Below, in pieces: positions 39,201-47,181 of a stretch of DNA of 64,000 nucleotides. The stretch lies in assembly GCA_963827235.1 (NCBI GenBank), contig CAWHAE010000009.1:544001-608000 (forward strand). The letters run 5' to 3'. The notes beneath the pieces are model-generated. The model was not told the DNA's origin. It searched no databases and worked only from the letters and a program-made list of their open reading frames with translations. The translations under genes and the position numbers were made by a program. Position 1 is the first letter of the stretch; every line of letters starts with the position of its first letter. Origin of the DNA: an uncultured bacterium. Lineage in GTDB: Bacteria > Chloroflexota > UBA5177 > JANWHV01.

Positions 39201-41330
39201 GGAGTATACGGGCGACAGACAATCTGTGTACCCGGTGCCGCCGCCGCCGAGCTGATCCACGAAGTAGAACAGGACGGTAGAGCCGGCGCTCCAGTTGTAG
39301 CCGGAGACGGACACCGTGGAGCCCACGGCGACCAGTGTGCTGCTCACGTTCACGGTAGAGAGCGTATGGTCGATCTTGATGCCGTTCTCCGCGGCAGTCG
39401 AGCCGACCGTGGTCGTCGTGGTGCCCGTCAGCGGGCTGCCGGCGTCGCTCACCGCAGACAGCACGTCAGTAGTGGGCGTACCAGTGAAGCTCACCACGTA
39501 GGTGACCGGCGAAACGCCGGCAGTCACGGTCGCGGTGCCGCCGCCGCCGATGGCAGCGAGGAGGTTGTTGAGGTCGGTCGCAACCGTCGTGGTCGACGCA
39601 TTGTACGCCACGCCGGAGACAGTGACCTTGGAGCCGCCGGTCGGCGTGATCGAGATGTCATACGTGCCGCCGGTCGCGTTGATGGTCACGGGGTATCCGG
39701 TGGCTGTCGTCGTTGTCGCCGTGCCCACGGGGATATTCGGCACCAATGCGGCGGTGGTGCTGCTGGCACCGGCCGTCGTGGCGGCCGCGTCTCCAGCGGT
39801 ACCCGTGCCGATCATGGTAAAGATGTACGGCGACGCGACTGTGCCGGCCCCGGTCACGCTGAGGTCGGTGCCGGTCACAATAGCGTTAGTAGCGCCGGCC
39901 GAGGCTCGGAGCGAGGCCTGTATGGTCGCCGCCGAGGTGCCGAGGGGGATGGCGGTGTCGACGATCGCATTACCCTGCCCGGCAGTGGTGTTGCTGATCG
40001 TAATGTCGAAGTCACCGCTGCCGGCGTTGATGACCACGGAGGCAGGGCTGGCCCCACCGGCCGGGGTGACGGTCACGCCGGCTGCGAGCGGAACCGTCCC
40101 GTCGGATGCTGCCGTCAGCACGTCCGTGGCGTCGGCCGTGGTGCCTGTGCCGACGAACGTGACATTGTAGGTAACCGGGGCGGTGCCGGCGGTGACGGTG
40201 ACGTCAGTGCCGGTGCCCAGTGCCTTGGTCGTGCCGGCAAGGCCCTGCAGATCCGTTTGCACTGTGCCGAACGCCGTGCCGACCGGGATACCCGCGGTGG
40301 TCACGGCGGTGCCGTTGGTGCCGGAGATCGTCAGGTCAAAGTCGCCGGTCTTGGCGTTGACGGTGACGGGGTACGTGGTGCTCGTGGTCGACGAGGTTAC
40401 CGCGCCGACGGTGATCGAGCCGCCGGTCACGCTGGTGGCATACTGCGCCACGACCGCGTACACCTGGTCATAGAACAAGCTGGACAGCAGTGGCAGCGCG
40501 GTGCCGGTCGGGGAAGCCAGCATGAGCGTGGCGTTCACCGCCGTGGACGAAGCGCCAAGCTGACAGGTATTGTTGGTCAGCGTAGCGCTGCTGCCGCAGC
40601 TGACAATCAGAAGCGGTTCCTTTGCCAGCGTCGCGGCAGCGCCTGTCGGCGTGCCGGTGCTCTGGCCGAGTCCGCTGGCCACGGTCGCGCTGGCAGTGCC
40701 GGCGCCGGCCGTCATGGCGAAGTTCTCCAGCGCGAAGGTCACGGCGGTGCCCGCCGTGAAGCCGCTATAGAAGGCGCTGAATTCCTGGCCGAGCGACAGG
40801 CTCTGGGAGCCGGTGCTGCCGTTGATCGCCAGCCCGTTGTTGCCGCTCGTCACGGTGAAATGGGTCGTGCCGTAGTCGCCGGTCGCGGCGGGGCCAGCGG
40901 CACTGACGCCGTAGATGCCCGGAACGGCGGTCGTCGGGATGGTGAAGTCGGAGTCCGTCAGGCTGCCGCTGCTATTGGCGACGACAGTTTCCTGCAAGAC
41001 GTTGGCATAGCCCGCGGGCAGGTAGCCCAGATATCCGGCGCCGTACTCCGCGGTGTCGCCGTTGTGGGCGGCATCGATGGTGCTGTAATGGTTCGTAGCG
41101 GAGGCGCCGTAGGGCGCGTTCACCGTGATGGTGATGGACTCGCCCGACGAGGCCCCGGAGACGGTCACCGAGAGGGTGCCGCCGGCTGCCACCGACGACG
41201 TCGCGGTGACGCTGAAGGTGAGGGAGGCGTGCGCCGAAGGCGTGGCCCCCATCAGCCCGGTCAGCTGCGCCGCGAAGAGCGTCGGCACCAGGGCCAGAGC
41301 AAGAAGACTCTTGCGATGGGTCTTCAACAT
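36270..41330 (-). CDS. Large secreted Thr/Ser/Gly-rich surface protein B (S-layer-like candidate, 1686 aa)
   Basis: ATG 41330 with GGAG RBS; signal peptide MLKTHRKSLLALALVP..AHA; repeated G.GF..GE.V Ig-like motifs; C-terminal YFAEGYTG domains. Confidence 0.88.
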   Translation of the reverse strand: MLKTHRKSLLALALVPTLFAAQLTGLMGATPSAHASLTFSVTATSSVAAGGTLSVTVSGASSGESITITVNAPYGASATNHYSTIDAAHNGDTAEYGAGYLGYLPAGYANVLQETVVANSSGSLTDSDFTIPTTAVPGIYGVSAAGPAATGDYGTTHFTVTSGNNGLAINGSTGSQSLSLGQEFSAFYSGFTAGTAVTFALENFAMTAGAGTASATVASGLGQSTGTPTGAAATLAKEPLLIVSCGSSATLTNNTCQLGASSTAVNATLMLASPTGTALPLLSSLFYDQVYAVVAQYATSVTGGSITVGAVTSSTTSTTYPVTVNAKTGDFDLTISGTNGTAVTTAGIPVGTAFGTVQTDLQGLAGTTKALGTGTDVTVTAGTAPVTYNVTFVGTGTTADATDVLTAASDGTVPLAAGVTVTPAGGASPASVVINAGSGDFDITISNTTAGQGNAIVDTAIPLGTSAATIQASLRASAGATNAIVTGTDLSVTGAGTVASPYIFTMIGTGTAGDAAATTAGASSTTAALVPNIPVGTATTTTATGYPVTINATGGTYDISITPTGGSKVTVSGVAYNASTTTVATDLNNLLAAIGGGGTATVTAGVSPVTYVVSFTGTPTTDVLSAVSDAGSPLTGTTTTTVGSTAAENGIKIDHTLSTVNVSSTLVAVGSTVSVSGYNWSAGSTVLFYFVDQLGGGGTGYTDCLSPVYSTAGGALTGTTISSADISYEGDAAVCFLGSATASDGPTTNGTPGGTFSGVSLTLPSSTTNNGYSGGKILAIDLGATGTAEVGHRINESAYTSVLVSSTATSTGAFTLSTTTPAVDQTVTYTATGFLASTATSPVYATLTGGTLCGLSSYPLGQTLIDTTGTVHGSFTVPTGCSLVGGTSVTLTLTGTAASGSSQSLTATITIPSTTITANTNGTTITFTGTGFEAGETVVLQLFSTVSTGTAGTALSVVTAGADGTITGTAAAPSGLSTGYYYIEASGTSSGFTATAAVGYSVGGNITPLPTLVPGETVTVTGTQFLAPPTGGSTNTLGINFSPTVVSAVPMTVDAAGNMSATFTVPTGTISGTYTLTANAYVPGVSTQQQRFLTVNVVTGTVVSLSANPSTVALGNTTAVTGSGFAPNETVTIAIDYSASGLAGSAVPGTAQTTTASATGAISTTYTVKSTASALVPGTYVLVATGASSLSGSVNPFIVTATSPTGVSSSIYFAEGYTGQTSGGAGANFAETLSILNANNYTTTYTVTYFVEHAASASTVSTVTGSIGADSVVEESVNKDVGNGVSVAAEVSSPAPLAATRIIARTTAAGTALDSSSSLGQQLNLGATGPFSYYFASGDIMLTNEEYLTILNPNSTAATITVNVLPQTVVSSTAAPTVTPISLSVPANSRLTEPIRKDLVSKGFSEFGLSLSSNVPVAAERVEYYGDGIGSGKYGASTKPAASSTNLQYIFAADTGTWPSSGGTAGTGSDVSEVDIINPASAGSASATVTVFFLDASGNPINSQQVQVDAASRESIAVNDVVQTQSGVFSTVVTSDRPIFVERPTYYGGNPASGGTYATENPSGAPAGLTEVAFPYLDLTNGTSTVSQTVYLYNPGTTTITVRGIFASASKTVVKSYTVAANSITTVNVNTDAASLSGAVGGIFQVVPSYSGSSEAFVALSLSNQNGYKVVTGDQGTYPIAASLGL
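36293..37707. repeat. ~1.4-kb direct repeat, copy 2 (3' end of surface protein B)
   Basis: Nearly identical to 31866-33280. Confidence 0.95.
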
Positions 41331-42242
41331 GCTTATCTCCAAATGAATAGGTGGTTCGGGAGCCGGACACTCATTGTCTTTCGACCTGTGCGATGTCACC
41401 ATCGGATGAGTATCCGGATTCTGGCGTCTCTGCCGTGGGCGATGCCGGCTGCCGTGCGGCCCGGTTGGAAGGACACTGGACCAGAGGCCCTGCACGGCCC
41501 CGCGCACTCTCCGGCGCGCCAGGGGATCATGGACGAACGTAGCTCACTCGGTGTGTAACCCCGGGAAACGAACCGCTCAGAGCATTGACTCGTACCGAGC
41601 CTGCGCGGCCCTTCAATCCGGAGCTACCTTCATCACCCCCTTTCCCACGTGGAATACTCTCGCGCAGTCATGGTGGGCGCCTCGCCCGTTCGGTCCTCCT
41701 CCGGTCTCTCCCGTTTCTTGCCGGCACGGGCATGCAATCCCGGCCAAATCAGGGCTGAATCGGGTTCCACCGGACAGTCTAGCATCTTGCATGTCGCGGT
41801 GCCCGCCGAATGTGGCCACCGGCGGCTCCATTTGTGTAATGCGCCGGGCGGCAAAAGGATACGCCCGCAGAGCGCGTTTACAATCAATTTACAGATGACA
41901 GTTTGATGATCCTTATATATAGGGGCACATATAGGGGCGACTTTTGGGAGGGGGCGAGATGTTGTGGAGGCCCGTCCAGGCAAAGCGGGGACAAGCCCGT
42001 AACGTTGAGGGCCCTTGAAGCGTTACACTTACGGAGCAGGCAGTATGCTTCGCCCTGCCTCTTGTACTGTTGTCTCCTGGAGATGCCTTGCCCGGCTGCT
42101 GTGGCTGATCCACGACGAGGCGCGGCCCCGGGGGAGCTTACAGGTACAGTTGGCGAGGCGATAGTTACGAGGGGTTGTCTCGCGGTGGAGGCGACCGCCG
42201 GCCAGGCCGTCACGAACCGCGACGAGGCCCTGAAGGAAAGGT

Positions 42243-45225
42243 GTGAATACCAGCATGTGGGTACGACGTATTAAGCGCAATGTGTCACTCGTTGCGCTGC
42301 TCATGTTGATCGCGGTGCTGGTGCCGGCGGCGATGCGTGGCGGCGTCGCACATGCCACGGCGACGGGTACCGTGAGCGTCTCTCCTTCGACCGTCGTGCC
42401 GGGCGGTACGATCTACCTGACCGCCAGCGGCAGCGGCTTCCAGGCGTTCCAGCAGGTCAGCGTCTACATCTCGCCCACCGTCACGGGCCTCGGCCCCTAC
42501 GCTCTGTGGACGACCGATGCCAGCGGTAACCTCAGCATCCCTTCCTATCCCATTTTGATCCCGGGCAACGCCACGTACGGGACTTACAGCGTCAATGTGA
42601 ACGTGGTCAGCAGCAGCTCGAGCTACAGCGCCTACGTCTACACGACCTTCGTGGTCGGTACCTCTACCGGGACCGCGATCGCGATCAGCCCGACTTCGGT
42701 GGTGCCCGGGCAGCCGTTCACGGTGAGCGGATCGGGGTGGACGGGCTCCGGCCTGAAAGTCACCATATCGTTCCCCACGCTGACCTCGATCGGGACCTCG
42801 ATCGTCACGGAGACACAGTCGGGCACGTTCACATCACCCTACATCTACGTGCCGGTCAGCACGTCCGCGGGAACCTACACCGTCCAGGCGACCGAGAACT
42901 ACGTGCCGAGCGGCGGCGTGGCGAAGTCGGCTACCGGCGTGATTACCGTCTCCGGCACCACCGGCACGTCGTCGGTCACCTTGAATCCCCTGGGCACGAC
43001 CACGACCGTCACGGCCGTGCCCGGCGGCACGATCAGCGTCACCGGTCTCGGCTTCCTGGGCCTCGGCTACGTCACGCTCATCTGCTCGTCGCTGGGGATC
43101 AGCTCATCGGTGACCGACAACGGCGGCACCTTCTACACGACGCTGACCGTTCCCACCACGGCCGCGATCGGTACCTACGTGCTGACGGCCACCGAGGTGG
43201 GCGGCACGAGGGTCGCCTACGCGACCATCCAGGTATCGTCGACCACCTCGACGAGCGGCACCACGCTCACCACCACGCCGACGACGGCGCTGCCTGGGGC
43301 GTCCGTGGTGCTGTCGGGCTACGGCTACACGGCGGGTGCCGCGGTCACGATCAGCGGGCTCGGCAGCACCTTCACGACATATGCCCTGTCGAGCGGCTAC
43401 ATCAGCACGTCGATCTCGGTGCCCTCCACGGAGCCGTACGCAAGCTACCTGATCACGGCTCAGGACGTCTATGGGCACGTGGCAACCGCGTACCTGACCG
43501 TCGGCACGGCCGACACCGTCTCCGTCAGTCCCACCTCGGGGGTCGCCGGTACCTCCGTCACCGTCACCGGCACGGGGTTCACGTCCGGAGAGCTGGTGAC
43601 CTTCGGTCTGGCCACCGGCACCACCACCTCGACGTACATCTCGGGCACGACCGTGTCCTTCACTGCCAGCGGCGGCACTATCAGCGGCACCTATACGGTA
43701 CCCAGCACCCAGGCCGCCGGCACCTACGAGCTGCTCGCCTACGGCAACAGCAGCGGCAGTGTGGCCTACGCAACCTTTACCGTCACCGGGGTGGCGGCGA
43801 CGGCCACCAACACGGTGCCTCCCACGGCCACGCCGTTCCCCACCTCCACGCCCGGCTTCGTGCCCTTCCCCACGCGGATAGCGGTGCCCACGCAGGCCAC
43901 GGGCCCGCTGGCCACGATCTCGACCGCCGCGACCACCACGTACTTCGCCGACGGCTATACGGGAACGGCGGCCACGAACGGCAAGGCGACCTTCACCGAG
44001 AAGCTCTACCTGTTCAATCCCGGCTCCGTGTCGTCCAACGTCACCACCACCTACTACGTGTCCAGCACGAACAACACGCATACCACGGTGGTCAAGCAGG
44101 ACACGGTGGCGGCGGGCGCCACGACGGTGCGCGACGTGAACGGCGACGTGGGCACCGACAAGAACGTGAGCATCGTGGTGCAGGCCTCGGCGGCGCTCTC
44201 CCCCGAGGTGGTGATCAGCCGCGTCACGCCGTCCGGCGCCACGCTCGATACGGCGAGCGACCAGGGCACGACCGCGCTCGGCCAGACCTGGTACCTGGCC
44301 GAGGGCTACACGGGTGCCAGCCTGCAGGAGTATCTCACGATCTTCAACCCGGGCAATGCCGACGCGCACACGCAGGTGCAGTACCTGCCGAGCGATACGG
44401 CGGCACCGGCCGCCAAGGCCTACACGGTGCCGGCCAATAGCCAGCTCACCGTCAACGTGCGCTCCGACTACAACGCCCTGGTCAAGCACGGATCGCGCAA
44501 TATCGGCATCAGCATCAGCTCGGACCAGCCGGTGAGCGTCGATCGCTCCATGTACTGGGGCGACGGCTCGGGATCCGGGAAGTACGGCTCGTCGATCGGC
44601 TCCGGCATCAGCGCCGGCCAATCCACGCAGTACTTCTCCTACCTGCCGGCCGCGAACGGATCGCAGTCGTTCGTGACCGTGCTCAATCCGAACGGCAGCG
44701 CGGCCACCACGACGCTGACCCTGCGTGACGCATTCGGGGCGCTGCTTCTGGCGGCACCGGCGACCATCGGCTCCGGCCAGCGCCACACCTTTGCCATTCC
44801 CACGCCTGGTGGCGGGGAACATAGGCATCCTGTCCGGCACGCTGGTGTCCAGCCAGCCGGTAGTGGCCGAGGCCAGCGTCTACTTCGGCGGCTCGCCGAA
44901 CGTGGGCAGCCACCCCGGCGTGGTCATGCACGGCACGGCAGGCGCCTCCACGGGCACCGAGGCGGACGTCTCCGCGGCAGGCGCGCAGCTCCGCGTCATC
45001 AACGTCTCCGGCGCGGCTATCCGCGTACAGGTGCTCAGCCAGGGAGCCGGCTCGCCGTCGACGCTCTTTGACGCGACGGTGGCCAACCGGGCGGCGGCCA
45101 CCATCCAGATCCCGTCCGGCGTCGACGCACGCAGCGTCGTGGTGCTGGGCAGCGGCGCCTTCTCCGCCACCCTGGTCAACGGCGGCGTGGGCATGCCCAC
45201 CGCCTGGGGCGGCGGGCTGAACTAG
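42243..45225 (+). CDS. Secreted Thr/Ser-rich surface protein C with Ig-like repeats, Pro/Thr linker and YFADGYTG/WYLAEGYTG domains; +1 frameshift near 44804
   Basis: Signal peptide ending AHA; the reading frame continues in ORF 44725-45225 (LVAGNIGILSGTLVSSQPVVAE). Confidence 0.83.
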
Positions 45226-45248
45226 GGGCGAGCAGGGCCCTCGATCGC

Positions 45249-45285
45249 AAGGCCGCTCTCCGGAGCCACCGGGGAGCGGCCTTCT
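45249..45285 (+). terminator. Terminator-like hairpin after surface protein C
   Basis: AAGGCCGCTCTCCGG-AGCCA-CCGGGGAGCGGCCTT. Confidence 0.65.
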
Positions 45286-45417
45286 CGATCTCGCGGATGT
45301 TGCCATGACGCGCCAAAGCCCGGGCGGATAGATGGGAGCGGGCACGGGCGGAGTGCCGCGGGCGCCTGGTCGCGGTCGACCGGGGAATGGACCAAAGGTG
45401 CGGGCACGGTAGCCGGC

Positions 45418-45474
45418 ATAGCGTGCGACTGCGGGGATAGCGTGCGACTGGGGGCAGAGCCTGCGACTGCGGGC
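45418..45474. repeat. Three tandem 19-bp repeats
   Basis: ATAGCGTGCGACTGCGGGG / ATAGCGTGCGACTGGGGGC / AGAGCCTGCGACTGCGGGC. Confidence 0.85.
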
Positions 45475-46299
45475 GCATGGCAGCAGACCGGGGCACTGCG
45501 GTGCCGGAGGTGCGCAAAGCACACCGCACAGGCTTATCCGTGCTACGATTGCGGTGGTCCCTTGCGGTATTCTCGCCGTAGGAGGGACGAAACGTAGTAT
45601 CGCGCTCGGTACGCCACCACAGTCGTGCAACTGTGGTAGAGCGCGCGCGCTGCGTCGCGGCGGTGAGTCGGGACGCTCGCTTGCAATCCACGCTACCCTG
45701 CGCGGTTGGTTGCGGCAGCCACACCGATTGTAGGCGGCAGTCCGTTGTTCCAGGAGCATGGATGGCCCTGCACCACGTGAACTTCCATACGGCGCGAAAC
45801 CAGCCGGTGTTCGAGTGCGCGGCATACGATACCATGATGCGGACGACTATCAAGGCGGTGTTGCGCGAGCGCCGCATCCTGTGCCTCGCCTGGGAGCTGA
45901 TGCCGACACATCTCCATGCGATCCTCGTTGATTTTGCCGACTTCCCACGCGGGGCAATCCTGAAGCACCTGAAGGGTGACACGTCGAGGGCCTTCTTCCG
46001 CGCCTTTCCCGAGTTGCGTGCTAACCTAATGGGAGGGCATCTGTGGGCGAAGGGTTACTGGTCGACGCGCATTACCACCCACGCCCAGTTCTGCGCGACG
46101 CTGGAGTACGTGCGTAACAACCGGGCGCATGAAGGCCTGGAGCCGCCAGCGCCACTTCAACCTTTCGGCATGGATGGACCCCTGACCGCGGCTCCAACCG
46201 CGCAACCCACGGCAACGTAAGGCCGATCCGGCACTGCAGTCGCACGCTGTCCCCGGCACCGCAGTGCCCCCGTCTGCTGCCATGTGCCCGCAGTCGCAG
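45461..46299. mobile_element. Y1 HUH transposase-like gene bracketed by 47-bp inverted repeats (RAYT/REP-like or IS200-derived element)
   Basis: 45461-45507 and 46253-46299 are reverse complements with 2 mismatches and enclose the HUH ORF. Confidence 0.7.
45762..46220 (+). CDS. Y1 HUH nuclease/transposase (IS200 TnpA/RAYT superfamily)
   Basis: MPTHLH (HUH), LKGDTSR..FPEL, LWAKGY, catalytic EYVRNN; RBS AGGAG. Confidence 0.88.
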   Translation: MALHHVNFHTARNQPVFECAAYDTMMRTTIKAVLRERRILCLAWELMPTHLHAILVDFADFPRGAILKHLKGDTSRAFFRAFPELRANLMGGHLWAKGYWSTRITTHAQFCATLEYVRNNRAHEGLEPPAPLQPFGMDGPLTAAPTAQPTAT

Positions 46300-46374
46300 A
46301 CATCGGGCCCCCCGCCTCCGGCCCCCCAAACCGGGTGATAGCCGGAACATTTCATATGGTCCACGATGTGAGGC

Positions 46375-47145
46375 ATGAACGACGTACTTCGAGACCTTGA
46401 AACCGCCAAGGCTCCTCGAGCAGACAGCCTCACAGATCTGATCATGGAGCATACAGAATTTTTCGCGACTCTTTCACATGAGCTTCGTACGCCGCTGGCC
46501 ACCGTCAAGGGATTCGGCCAGAGCTTGCTGGACCATTGGGATCAATTGCCGGACGAGCGCAAGCGACAGCACGTCGAGTCTATGCTGCGCTCGGCCCTGC
46601 GCCTGGAACGGCTGGTCGGCGACATCTCCCTCTCCGCTAACCTGGTCGACGGGGTCGCCCTCAGCCCCGCCTCAGTGATCGTGGACGACGTGGTCGCCCA
46701 GGGCGTTCACGAGGCGAGCACGCTCTATCCCGGCCGGGTGTTTCACTTCCGGCCCTCGGGCTCGGGTCAGCAGGTGTGGGCCGATCGCGAGCGACTGCTC
46801 CAGGTGCTGGTGAATCTGCTGGACAACGCCGCGAAGTACTCGCCGGCCGATCAGCCCGTCAACGTGTGCTGGGCGGCCCACGGCTCTCACGTGCAAACCG
46901 AGGTTCGCGATGCCGGCCTCAGCCTCACGCGCGAGGATCGAGAAGCGCTCTTCGTCCAGCGCGGCCGTCTCCACGCCGCCAATCGGGCGGCCGGCGCCCC
47001 TTGCGGCTCCGGCCTCGGCCTCTACATCTGCAAGGGTCTGGTAGAGGCGATGCACGGCTCGATCGGCACCCGGCCCGGCGACGACGGCCTGGGTAACGTG
47101 TTCTGGTTCACGCTTCCTGCCGAGGACGTAGCCGTCGCCAGCTAG
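46375..47145 (+). CDS. Histidine kinase lacking a sensor domain
   Basis: SHELRTPL H-box, QVLVNLLDNAAKYS N-box, GSGLGLYI G2-box, FWFTLP. Confidence 0.88.
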   Translation: MNDVLRDLETAKAPRADSLTDLIMEHTEFFATLSHELRTPLATVKGFGQSLLDHWDQLPDERKRQHVESMLRSALRLERLVGDISLSANLVDGVALSPASVIVDDVVAQGVHEASTLYPGRVFHFRPSGSGQQVWADRERLLQVLVNLLDNAAKYSPADQPVNVCWAAHGSHVQTEVRDAGLSLTREDREALFVQRGRLHAANRAAGAPCGSGLGLYICKGLVEAMHGSIGTRPGDDGLGNVFWFTLPAEDVAVAS

Positions 47146-47181
47146 CGTGTTGACACTCGGCGGGACCGGCCCTACCATTTC

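Noticed and set aside
37572-41558. 1328-aa plus-strand ORF and other long antisense or alternate-frame ORFs (for example 33521-35998, 56023-58008, 9660-11123, 43104-44840)
   Set aside because: Shadow ORFs of real high-GC genes: R/G/A/H-rich, no recognisable motifs, fully overlapping well-supported CDSs
41641-41656. TTTCCCACGTGGAATA as a second parS
   Set aside because: Three mismatches to the symmetric consensus, including conserved arm positions; only the core CACGTG palindrome is intact
41979-42010. GGCAAA-GCGGG-GACAAG-CCCGT-AACG resembling the first stem of a c-di-GMP-I (GEMM) riboswitch
   Set aside because: Lacks the GNRA loop, the GACGCAAA junction and a second stem; an Rfam scan would be needed
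45418-45474. 19-bp repeats as a CRISPR array
   Set aside because: Contiguous tandem units with no unique spacers, and no cas genes in the window
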